Shown here: in pieces, positions 39,461-47,469 of the stretch | Layout: the number at the start of each line of letters is the position of its first letter | How positions within the stretch are numbered: the first letter of the stretch is position 1 | NCBI GenBank assembly: GCA_963833225.1 | Contig: CAWHXD010000019.1 | Location: 608,001-672,000, forward strand | Direction: 5' to 3' | From: an uncultured Chloroflexia bacterium | GTDB taxonomy: Bacteria; Chloroflexota; Limnocylindria; Limnocylindrales; CSP1-4 | Length of the DNA stretch: 64,000 bases | The notes under the pieces: generated by a model | Database searches by the model: none | The model's input: the letters and a program-made list of their open reading frames with translations, nothing else | What the model was told of the DNA's origin: nothing | Position numbers and translations under genes: made by a program

Positions 39461-41512
39461 TCAGCCGGCCGTGGGTGGTCGGGTGCTCGAGGTGCGGCGC
39501 CGTTCGCCGCGCCGTCGCTCCACGCCTCCGGGTGGCGGCGCGACGCTGCTTGTCCGCCGGTCCGCCCTTCGGCGCTCGCCGCCGGCGGGCAGCTGGGGCA
39601 CGGATGTGGCCGTCGCTGCGGCCGGCTTGGCGGCCACGGTCGCCGCAGCCGGCTTGGCGGCCACGGCCGCGGCGCGCGGTGCGGACCCGCCGACCTCGGC
39701 GATCACGCCCAGCGAGATCCGGAAGCCGGCTCGTCGCTGCTGGGGCGGCATCATCGTTCCCTGGCCGACCGGCGCGTCGCCCGGGAACCATTTGACCCAC
39801 TCCTCGTTGAAGGCATCGAACTCGGCCGGGTCACGCAGCGACCAGTTCGCCCACGCGATCCGCTCGAGCGACGAGCCCTTCGCCTCCAGGAGGCGATTGA
39901 GGTTCTCCAGGCACTGGGTGGCCTGCGCGGCGATGGACTCCCCGGCGATGTGCCCGGTCTCGGGGTTCACCGGGCCGACGGAGGACACGTACACCATGCC
40001 GCCGGCCTCCACGGCGTGCCCCAGCCCGATCTTGAGCCGGGGTGCAAGCTCGCCCGACTGCTCGATGCCGATGGACCGTCCCTTGCCAAGCCGGATCTTC
40101 ACCGGGTGTTCGGCATCCTCCGCCGGGATCCCGAAGTCCCCCTCCGGCAGCTCGATCCCGGACGCCTGGAACTTGGGCATGAACGTGGGTCGCTCGCCGG
40201 TCGGCTGGAGCGTGCCCACGATCTTGCCGTGCTCATCGACACCGGTCTGCTTGAACTCGAAGATGTCCTGGGTGAGGATCTGGTCATCCTCGATCCCGTA
40301 GACCTCGGTGATGTTGATGATCTTGCGCGAGCCGTCGCCGAGACGGGCGGTGTGCACGATGAGGTCCACCGCGGACGCGATCTGCTCCCGGATCGAGCGC
40401 AGCGGCATCTCGTAGCCGGCCATCAGGATCATGGTCTCGAGGCGGCGGAGCATGTCCGGCGAGCTGTTGGCGTGGCCCGTCGAGAGGGACCCTTCCTGGC
40501 CCACGGTCATCGCCTGGATCATGTCCAGGGCCTCGCCGCCACGGCACTCGCCGACGATGATCCGGTCCGGGCGCATGTGGAGCGCGTTGCGGAGGAGGTC
40601 GCGGGTCGTGATCTCGCCCAGGCCCTCGAGGTTGGGCGGGCGGGCCTCGAGGGTCACGACGTGCTCTTGGCGGAGCTGGAGCTCAGCCGCGTCCTCGATG
40701 GTGATGATCCGTTCCTCCTCGGGGACGAAGGCCGAGATCACGTTGAGGGTCGTCGTCTTGCCGGAGCCCGTGCCGCCCGAGACGAAGATGTTGAGACGGG
40801 CCTCGACACAGGCGCGCAGGAAGTCGAACATCTCGGCGCTCGCGGTGCCAAACCCGACCAGGTCCTCGACCGTGTACGGGCGCTGCGAGAACTTCCGGAT
40901 CGTGATCACGGGCCCGATGAGGGACAGGGGCTCGATGATGCAGTTGACGCGCGATCCGTCCGGGAGGCGGGCGTCGACGCGCGGGCTGGTCTGGTCGATG
41001 CGGCGCCCAAGCGGCGTGATGATGCGGTCGATGATCCGGAGGACGTGGTCGTCGTTGAGGAACGACATCGGGACGCGCGAGATCTTGCCGGCGCGCTCGA
41101 TGTAGATGTGGTCCGGTCCATTGACCATGATCTCGGTGATCGTCGGGTCGGCGATCAGCGGCTCGAGCGGGCCCAGGCCGCTGACCTCGGCGATGACCTC
41201 CTCGGCGAGGCGATTGCGCTCGCCGCGCGTGACCGCGAGCCCGTTGGCCACGATGAACCGCTCCAGGATCGCATCCACGGCCGTCCGGAGGTCGGAGGTC
41301 TTGGAGGCCTCGAACAGCGCATGCGACGACCCGACGACCTCGTCCTGGAGGCGACGACGGACCTCGCGAAGCCACTCCTCGCGGGCGGCGTAGTTCGCGG
41401 GCGCGCCAATCGGCACGGTGGCCACCGCGCTCGTGGCGGGCTTGGCCTCCGCGCTCCCAGGTGCATCCGTTGCGGCCTGCTGGGCGCGCTCGATTCGCGA
41501 GGTGAGGGACAT
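39461..41512 (-). CDS. cpaF: TadA/CpaF-family secretion ATPase fused to a C-terminal Rid/YjgF-like domain
   Basis: TEIMVNGP, VDARLPDGSRVN, GGTGSGKTT, TIEDAAEL, MRPDRIIVGECRG and STGHANS, followed in frame by AVEAGGMVYVS...AQATQCLENL...FDAFNEEW. Confidence 0.88.
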   Translation of the reverse strand: MSLTSRIERAQQAATDAPGSAEAKPATSAVATVPIGAPANYAAREEWLREVRRRLQDEVVGSSHALFEASKTSDLRTAVDAILERFIVANGLAVTRGERNRLAEEVIAEVSGLGPLEPLIADPTITEIMVNGPDHIYIERAGKISRVPMSFLNDDHVLRIIDRIITPLGRRIDQTSPRVDARLPDGSRVNCIIEPLSLIGPVITIRKFSQRPYTVEDLVGFGTASAEMFDFLRACVEARLNIFVSGGTGSGKTTTLNVISAFVPEEERIITIEDAAELQLRQEHVVTLEARPPNLEGLGEITTRDLLRNALHMRPDRIIVGECRGGEALDMIQAMTVGQEGSLSTGHANSSPDMLRRLETMILMAGYEMPLRSIREQIASAVDLIVHTARLGDGSRKIINITEVYGIEDDQILTQDIFEFKQTGVDEHGKIVGTLQPTGERPTFMPKFQASGIELPEGDFGIPAEDAEHPVKIRLGKGRSIGIEQSGELAPRLKIGLGHAVEAGGMVYVSSVGPVNPETGHIAGESIAAQATQCLENLNRLLEAKGSSLERIAWANWSLRDPAEFDAFNEEWVKWFPGDAPVGQGTMMPPQQRRAGFRISLGVIAEVGGSAPRAAAVAAKPAAATVAAKPAAATATSVPQLPAGGERRRADRRTSSVAPPPGGVERRRGERRRTSSTRPPTAG

Positions 41513-41646
41513 GGACGACTCCCCGGGCGCGGCCATCCCCGTGCGGCCGCGTTGCGCAAGATCCTACGCGCGGACCGCGGTATCGGGAAGGCCCTCCTCG
41601 CGGTGAGGCGCGGCTGGGCGGTGTCCGCGGTCACCGGGGGCCATCG

Positions 41647-41675
41647 TTGACGGGGCAACCACTGGAGGCTAGGCT
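41647..41675 (+). promoter_or_regulatory. Sigma70-type promoter TTGACG-N17-TAGGCT
   Basis: -35 at 41647-41652, -10 at 41670-41675; predicted start site coincides with ATG at 41682. Confidence 0.75.
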
Positions 41676-41681
41676 TCGCGC

Positions 41682-41777
41682 ATGGTTGAGGTCGCCCTCG
41701 CGGGCTGTACGGGTCAGCGGTGCTCCTGTCGTCGGCGAGCGCCGGCGACGGTCGAGCGTGCGGCAGCGTTGAGCTGA
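41682..41777 (+). CDS. Putative leaderless Cys-containing leader peptide (31 aa)
   Basis: MVEVALAGCTGQRCSCRRRAPATVERAAALS*; begins 6 nt after the -10 box; upstream of the DUF4395 gene. Confidence 0.6.
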   Translation: MVEVALAGCTGQRCSCRRRAPATVERAAALS

Positions 41778-41886
41778 CCCGCACCGGCTGACCGCTCCGG
41801 GCCTCGCCCCCTCCCCGTCGCCCCGCGCTCCGTCGCGTCTCCTCGCGCACGGCGCGCCCGTCCCGTTCGACCCGGAGTCCTTCCTC

Positions 41887-42408
41887 GTGTCCCTGTCCCT
41901 GTCCCTGATCCTCACCCCCACCCCTGCGCGGTCCATCGACCCCCGCGGCCAACGGTTCGGCGCCGCCGCGTCGGTCGTGGTCCTTGCCCTCGCATTCGCG
42001 CTCGGCCAGTCCTGGCTCGCTGCCCTGGTCGGGCTCAACCTGCTGGTTGCGGCGGCGTTCGGCACGCGATGGTTCGTCCCCGGCCGCGCCTGGCCGCTCA
42101 TCCGCCGGGCGGTGCGGCTGGGACCGGCCGAGCCCGAGCACGAGTACCCGCCACGCTTTGCCCAGGCGCTCGGCGGCACGTTCCTGGCGCTGGCCACGGC
42201 AGCCTTCCTGCTCGGTGCCACTCCTCTCGGGTGGGTCCTCGCCGGCGCCGTCGCCGGCCTCCAGGCCCTGCTGGCCGTCACCGGGATCTGCGTCGGATGC
42301 CGCCTCTATTTCCTGCGCTGGTGGGCACCCTCACTGGTCGCGCGGCTCTTCCGGCGAGCCGATGGCCTGCCGCCGCTCGACGTCCCCGCCCTCAACCGGA
42401 TCGGATAG
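41887..42408 (+). CDS. DUF4395 family membrane protein
   Basis: IDPRGQRFGA, EPEHEYPPRFAQALG and TGICVGCRLY motifs. Confidence 0.88.
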   Translation: MSLSLSLILTPTPARSIDPRGQRFGAAASVVVLALAFALGQSWLAALVGLNLLVAAAFGTRWFVPGRAWPLIRRAVRLGPAEPEHEYPPRFAQALGGTFLALATAAFLLGATPLGWVLAGAVAGLQALLAVTGICVGCRLYFLRWWAPSLVARLFRRADGLPPLDVPALNRIG

Positions 42409-42418
42409 GGCCCCCGAG

Positions 42419-43276
42419 TCACGGCGCCTCGAGCCCGTGACGCTCCAGCAGCTCCGCGTCCGCGAGGAGCCGGTCTGTCGCCCCGTCGGCCACGATCTGG
42501 CCGTCGTCCACGACCACGGTCCGCGGGAACACCTCGGCGACGAGGCGCATGTCGTGCGTCGAGACGAGCGTCGTCTGGTCGAGGCCACGGAGCAGCGTGA
42601 TGAGCTCCCGGCGGCCACGTGGATCGAGCCCGGCCGATGGCTCGTCGAACACGAGGATCGAGGGGCTCATCGACAGCACCGTGGCGAGGGCCACCCGCTT
42701 GCGCTGTCCAAGCGACATGCGATGGGGGACCCGGTGGGCGAAGGCCGCCATCCCCACCGCGGCCAGCGCCCGCTCCACCCGGCGATGGACCTCATCGGCC
42801 GCCATCCCCATGTGGAGCGGTCCGAACGCCACGTCGTCGAACACGGTCGGGCTGAACAGCTGGTCATCGGGGTCCTGGAACACGAGGCCCACCTCGGCCC
42901 GCACGCGGCGAATGGTCTCCCGGGTCACCGGCAGCCCGGCGACGCGGACCGATCCGTGAGCGGGCCGGAGCGTGCCGTTGAGCTGGAGCATCAGCGTGCT
43001 CTTGCCGGCGCCGTTGGGACCGACCAGGGCCACCTTCTCGCCGCTCCCGATGTGGAGGTCGACCCCCCGCAGGGCCTCGAACCCGTCCGGGTAGCGGAAG
43101 TGGACATGTTCGAGGTCCACCCGGCCACGCTCGTCGGCGGGCGCGGTGCCGTCCGGCTGCGGCTCGCCCGGCGCATGGAGGTGGGGATGCGCGTGCGGCG
43201 GCGCGCCCTCGTGGACGTGAACGTGGACGTGGTCGTGCTCCAGCTCGGGCACGCCACCTTGGTCGAGGGTCGTCAC
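42419..43276 (-). CDS. cbiO: ECF Ni/Co transporter ATPase with His-rich N-terminus
   Basis: GPNGAGKST, VFQDPDDQLFSPTV, MSLGQRKR and FDEPSAGLDP. Confidence 0.9.
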   Translation of the reverse strand: MTTLDQGGVPELEHDHVHVHVHEGAPPHAHPHLHAPGEPQPDGTAPADERGRVDLEHVHFRYPDGFEALRGVDLHIGSGEKVALVGPNGAGKSTLMLQLNGTLRPAHGSVRVAGLPVTRETIRRVRAEVGLVFQDPDDQLFSPTVFDDVAFGPLHMGMAADEVHRRVERALAAVGMAAFAHRVPHRMSLGQRKRVALATVLSMSPSILVFDEPSAGLDPRGRRELITLLRGLDQTTLVSTHDMRLVAEVFPRTVVVDDGQIVADGATDRLLADAELLERHGLEAP

Positions 43277-44067
43277 AGGCGGGGAAGCCACAGGATGGCG
43301 ATGACCTCGTAGGCCGTGAGCAGGGCAAGGATGGCGGCAAGCCAGGCGATCTCCGTCCGCGCGAGCGCCCGGGTCCGCAGGTGCCGGAACTCGCCCTCGA
43401 ACCCGCGTGCCTGCATCGCCGCGTAGATCCGCTCGCTGCGCTCGTAGGCACGCAGGAACAGCGAGCCGACCATGCGCCCGGTCACGGCGGCGCGCCAGCG
43501 GATGGAGCCTCCGGGGGATCCGTCGCCGGCGGCCGAGCGTGCATCCCGGGCCCGGAGCATCCGGGCGCCCTCGTCGGTGAGCACCGCGAGGTACCGGTAC
43601 ATGAACGAGATGATCGCGATGATGATCCGCGGAACCCGCAACTCCCGGAGGGCATCCACCAGGTCGTGGAACGGTGTCGTGAACGCGAGCAGCAGGGCGA
43701 CCTGCACGGACAGCCAGCTGCCGGTCATGATCGTGAGGAAGCGGCGCAGGCCCTCGGCGGAGATGGTCGGGTTGAGCGGACCCAGGGCCACGGTCGTGAT
43801 GATCTGCTCCTGGACAGTGAAGATCAACGGGAACGCGGCCAGCGCGAACGGCAGCGCGACGACGGCGGAGCGGGACAGGCGGAACGGTCCGAGGCCGGCG
43901 GTCGCGGAGGAGGCGACGAGCACCAGCCAGATGATCAGCATCGCCAGACCCGAGCCCATCGGCAGCAGGCTGATCACCAGGATGGTGGCGATGGCCAGGA
44001 TGAACTTGAGCCGCGCGTCGGCGCGGTGGAACGGGCTGTCGCCCTCGACGTACCGGTCGAGCTCCAG
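43273..44067 (-). CDS. cbiQ: ECF Ni/Co transporter T component
   Basis: SPFHRADARLK, FMYRYLAVL and GSLFLRAYERSERIYAAMQARGF; start uncertain (CTG at 44067). Confidence 0.88.
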   Translation of the reverse strand: MELDRYVEGDSPFHRADARLKFILAIATILVISLLPMGSGLAMLIIWLVLVASSATAGLGPFRLSRSAVVALPFALAAFPLIFTVQEQIITTVALGPLNPTISAEGLRRFLTIMTGSWLSVQVALLLAFTTPFHDLVDALRELRVPRIIIAIISFMYRYLAVLTDEGARMLRARDARSAAGDGSPGGSIRWRAAVTGRMVGSLFLRAYERSERIYAAMQARGFEGEFRHLRTRALARTEIAWLAAILALLTAYEVIAILWLPRL

Positions 44068-44086
44068 GGTGCGGCGCTCCTGCCCG

Positions 44087-44449
44087 TCAGGCGCGCCGGC
44101 GGGCGACCACGCGCCCGAGGACGAACACCACGCCCACCACGATCGCGACGCCGAGCAGGCCTGACAGGATGGTGGACACGACCGGGTCGTCGATGCCCGG
44201 GATCGCGTAGCCGCTGAGCAGGCCCGAGAAGAAGTTCTGCGCCCGCTCGATGAAGCCGGTGTCCTCGGCGACGCGCTCGAGGCCGTCCGGATCGGACGAG
44301 GCGAGCGGGGCGAGAACGACGACCACGACGGCGACGATCGCCAGCCCGACGACCCACCACCACCGACCGAGACGGCCCCGAGGGGCGTGCCTGTCCTGCC
44401 CGCCAGCCGGGGCCGCCGGGGCCTCCTCCGGCTCAGACACGGCGGTCAT
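44087..44449 (-). CDS. PDGLE-domain protein (NikN-like accessory subunit)
   Basis: LAPLASSDPDGLERVA; two TM helices. Confidence 0.9.
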   Translation of the reverse strand: MTAVSEPEEAPAAPAGGQDRHAPRGRLGRWWWVVGLAIVAVVVVVLAPLASSDPDGLERVAEDTGFIERAQNFFSGLLSGYAIPGIDDPVVSTILSGLLGVAIVVGVVFVLGRVVARRRA

Positions 44450-45177
44450 GCCGCGGCTCCCATGGCCTGCTCCCGGTGCATGGCGCGATCCGGCCGGAGA
44501 TCGAGCAGATCCCGCCGCGCGACGCTGATGAACCCGATGGCCGCAGCTGTGATCAGGGCCTCACCGATGCCGATGACCACATGCACGCCGAGCATCGCCG
44601 GCAGCACCAGCTCGGCGGGGCTGGTGCCCGAGACGATCAGTTCCAGCGACATCATCGTGGCTCCCATCACGACCGACAGCCAGCCCGCGATCGCGGCGGC
44701 CGGGATGCGGCCCCGGTCCTCGCCTCCGAGGACGCCGCACAGCGCCCGGTACACGCCATAGCCGGCGAGGGTGCCCACGATCCCCATGTTGAAGATGTTG
44801 GCGCCCATCACCACCAGCCCGCCGTCGGAGAACACCAGCCCCTGGACCGCCACCACGCAGGCCATCACGAGCGTGCCCGCCCAGGGGCCGAGGAGGATGG
44901 CCGCGAGCACGCCCCCGAGCAGGTGACCGGACGTCCCACCTGCGACCTGGAAGTTGAACATCTGGGCCGCGAAGATGAACGCGGCCATCACGCCCATCAG
45001 CGGGATCGAGCGCTCGTCGAGGGAGCGGTTGGTTCGCCGCACGGCGATGGCGACCACGGTGGCCGAGATCGCCCAGAACACGAGCGACACCGGGACGCTG
45101 AGGAACCGGTCCGCCGCGTGCATCGACGGATCGCCGGCGACGATCGCCGGGGCGGCGGCAATGCTCAGCAGGTCCAT
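44446..45177 (-). CDS. cbiM: ECF Ni/Co transporter S component (CbiM/NikM)
   Basis: MHAADRFLS, AAFIFAAQMFNF, GTSGHLLGG, QGLVFSDGG, GANIFNMG and HVVIGIGEALIT; alternative start at 45123. Confidence 0.92.
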   Translation of the reverse strand: MDLLSIAAAPAIVAGDPSMHAADRFLSVPVSLVFWAISATVVAIAVRRTNRSLDERSIPLMGVMAAFIFAAQMFNFQVAGGTSGHLLGGVLAAILLGPWAGTLVMACVVAVQGLVFSDGGLVVMGANIFNMGIVGTLAGYGVYRALCGVLGGEDRGRIPAAAIAGWLSVVMGATMMSLELIVSGTSPAELVLPAMLGVHVVIGIGEALITAAAIGFISVARRDLLDLRPDRAMHREQAMGAAA

Positions 45178-45242
45178 GCGGCAACGGTCTCCCGGCGGCA
45201 GCAGCGGAATGGTGGACCAGCATGCTACTCGCAGCGCGTTGC

Positions 45243-45262
45243 TACTGCAACTGGTTGCAATA
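45243..45262. promoter_or_regulatory. Palindromic Fur-family (Nur/Zur-like) box
   Basis: TAcTGCAAC-tg-GTTGCAaTA between divergent cbiM and the Fur-family gene. Confidence 0.7.
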
Positions 45263-45291
45263 CTGGTGGTCGTCACCCTATCCTTCGCCCG

Positions 45292-45810
45292 ATGCACCCC
45301 CACGGATCTTCCCCGCGCAGCTCACCCGCGTCGACCGTCCGCGACGGCGGGATCGTGCGCGACGCAGGCGCCCGCAAGGGATCCTCGCCGTGGTCCGACG
45401 TCCGGGATCGGTTGCGGGCCCTGGGGCTTCGCTGGACGCCGCAGCGACGGACGCTGATCGATGTCCTGTCGCGGCTCGATGGCCACGTGACGGGCGCCGA
45501 GCTCGTCGAGCGGTGCCGCGAGGTGGACGCCGCGACCACGCCCTCGACCGTCTACCGGACGCTCGACGTCCTCGAACAGCTGGGGATCGTTCGCCACGCC
45601 CATGGCGCGGACGGCCGCGAGGAGTTCCACGTGCTGCCGGCGGCGGACCACGGACATCTCCACTGCCTCCGCTGCCGCGTCTCGTGGGAGATCGGAGAGG
45701 CGGAGGCCGCGGGGCTGGTGCGCGCCCTCCGCGCGGATCGCGGGTTTGCCGTGGAGCTGTCGCACGTCTCGATTGCGGGGATCTGCAAGGACTGCGCCGG
45801 CGATGGCTGA
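45292..45810 (+). CDS. Fur family metalloregulator (possibly nickel-responsive Nur-like)
   Basis: GLRWTPQRR, STVYRTLDVLEQLG, HGHLHCLRC and GICKDC; start uncertain (45292 or 45355). Confidence 0.9.
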   Translation: MHPHGSSPRSSPASTVRDGGIVRDAGARKGSSPWSDVRDRLRALGLRWTPQRRTLIDVLSRLDGHVTGAELVERCREVDAATTPSTVYRTLDVLEQLGIVRHAHGADGREEFHVLPAADHGHLHCLRCRVSWEIGEAEAAGLVRALRADRGFAVELSHVSIAGICKDCAGDG

Positions 45811-45877
45811 CATGTGCCTGAGGGCGTCCTGAGGCTGTCGCGCCTGCCCACCAGCGACGCGAACCGCGCCGCCGCCC

Positions 45878-46723
45878 TCAGCCGGAGTGGACCGCCGCGA
45901 GCACCGCGTCCGACAAGGCCGGCCACGCCTCGCCCGCCCAGGCGCCGAACGGCCGGTCGGTGAGACAGGCCAGCGCGATGTTGGCCGCGGGGTCCAGCCA
46001 CAGGAATGTCCCGGTGGCTCCGAAATGCCCGAACGTCGCGGGCGAGTTCCTGGCCCCCGTCCAGTGCGGGGTCTTGTGACCGCGGATCTCGAAGCCGAGA
46101 CCCCAGTCGTTGGGATCCTGGAGACCGAATCCCGGCAGCACGCCGCGCAGGCCCGGGAAGGCGACCGAGACGGCCTCGGCCAGCAGGTCCGCGGGCAGGA
46201 TCCGGGGGGCGAGCAGCTCCTGGGCGAGCCGTGCCAGGTCCGTCAATGAGCCGGCGATGCCCTCGGACGGCCGTCCGACGAGGTGGGCCGAGGTCATCTC
46301 CAGCGGCTGCAGCACCCACCCTCGGGCGAGCGAGTCGAACGGTCGCCCGGTCGCGCTCGCGACCGCGTCGGCCACGACATCGAAGCCGGTGTTGGAGTAG
46401 ATCCGCATCCGCCCGGGTGACGCCAGCGCCCGCGAGTCGTCGAACGACAGGCCGGACGCATGCGCCAGGAGGTGTCGGACGGTGGAGCCGGGCGGGCCGG
46501 CCGCGCGATCGAGCGCCACGACGCCGCGCGCCACGCCGATGAGCACGGTGCACGCCGTGACCAGCTTCGTCACCGATGCCCATGGCATCACGGCGTCCAG
46601 CGGTCCTCGCGCCGCCACCAGCCCGGCCCGGTCGACGACCGCCACGGCAACCGTCTGGGCGCCCCACCCGTCAACCGCCTCGAGCACGGCGGCGTCGAAC
46701 GCCCGGGTGGAGCGGGGGATCAT
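45878..46723 (-). CDS. Serine hydrolase, beta-lactamase class C-like family
   Basis: ASVTK (SxxK), LLAHASG, YSN and FGHFGATG. Confidence 0.9.
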   Translation of the reverse strand: MIPRSTRAFDAAVLEAVDGWGAQTVAVAVVDRAGLVAARGPLDAVMPWASVTKLVTACTVLIGVARGVVALDRAAGPPGSTVRHLLAHASGLSFDDSRALASPGRMRIYSNTGFDVVADAVASATGRPFDSLARGWVLQPLEMTSAHLVGRPSEGIAGSLTDLARLAQELLAPRILPADLLAEAVSVAFPGLRGVLPGFGLQDPNDWGLGFEIRGHKTPHWTGARNSPATFGHFGATGTFLWLDPAANIALACLTDRPFGAWAGEAWPALSDAVLAAVHSG

Positions 46724-47064
46724 GCCCCCTTGTCCGCCGCCCGGTAGATGGCCACCTCGACGCGCTCGAGCGTGACCAGGCCGCCACCGATCATCACCTC
46801 CAGGTCGGGGAGCACCGCCCGCATGCGGTCGGTCTCGTCCACGGCCTCGACGAGGATCGGCAGGTCCTCGGACAGGGCAAGGATCCGGGTCGTGTGGACG
46901 CGCGACGAGCGACCGTACCCTTCGATCCCGCGGAACACGGAGACCCCGCGGATGCCGCGCTCGCGGAGGAGCCGCACGATCGCGTCGTACAGCGGCCTTC
47001 CCTCCCAGTGATCGGATTCGCCGATGTAGATGCGGACGAGCAGCGCCTCACCTTGGAGTGTCAT
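46720..47064 (-). CDS. DUF190 (PII-like) protein
   Basis: RIYIGESD, GVSVFRGIEGYG and LSEDLPILVE; typical crcB neighbour. Confidence 0.9.
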   Translation of the reverse strand: MTLQGEALLVRIYIGESDHWEGRPLYDAIVRLLRERGIRGVSVFRGIEGYGRSSRVHTTRILALSEDLPILVEAVDETDRMRAVLPDLEVMIGGGLVTLERVEVAIYRAADKGA

Positions 47065-47074
47065 CGAAGCGACC

Positions 47075-47449
47075 TCATGGGAGCAGGCGTCCGACGGCCA
47101 GGCCGCCGACGACCGCGATCACGCCCAGCACGACCGACCCCGCGAGATTGAGCATGGCGAGCTGCCACGCCCCGTCCTCCACCAGCCGCCAGGACTCCAG
47201 CATCCACGTCGAGAACGTGGTGTAGGCACCCAGGAAGCCGATCATCAGCGGCCCCCGGATCTCGCGTGGCAGGACGTCCCGCTCGGTTGCCCACGCGAAC
47301 AGGAGGCCCAGCAGGAAGGCACCCGACAGGTTGACGACCAGGGTGCCCAACGGGAACCCCGCCCCCGCACGATCGCTGATCCAGAGATCCACGATCCGGC
47401 GCGCGACGGCGCCCGCGAAGCCGCCGATCCCAACCAGCACCAGGTCCAT
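47075..47449 (-). CDS. crcB: Fluoride efflux channel Fluc/CrcB
   Basis: GGFAGAVAR, FPLGTLVVN and GFLGAYTTFSTW. Confidence 0.95.
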   Translation of the reverse strand: MDLVLVGIGGFAGAVARRIVDLWISDRAGAGFPLGTLVVNLSGAFLLGLLFAWATERDVLPREIRGPLMIGFLGAYTTFSTWMLESWRLVEDGAWQLAMLNLAGSVVLGVIAVVGGLAVGRLLP

Positions 47450-47469
47450 GCGCGGCTCTCCGTCCCGCC

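Noticed and set aside
45878-46723. Beta-lactam resistance gene
   Set aside because: No signal peptide, and HFG replaces KTG, typical of cytoplasmic esterase-like members.
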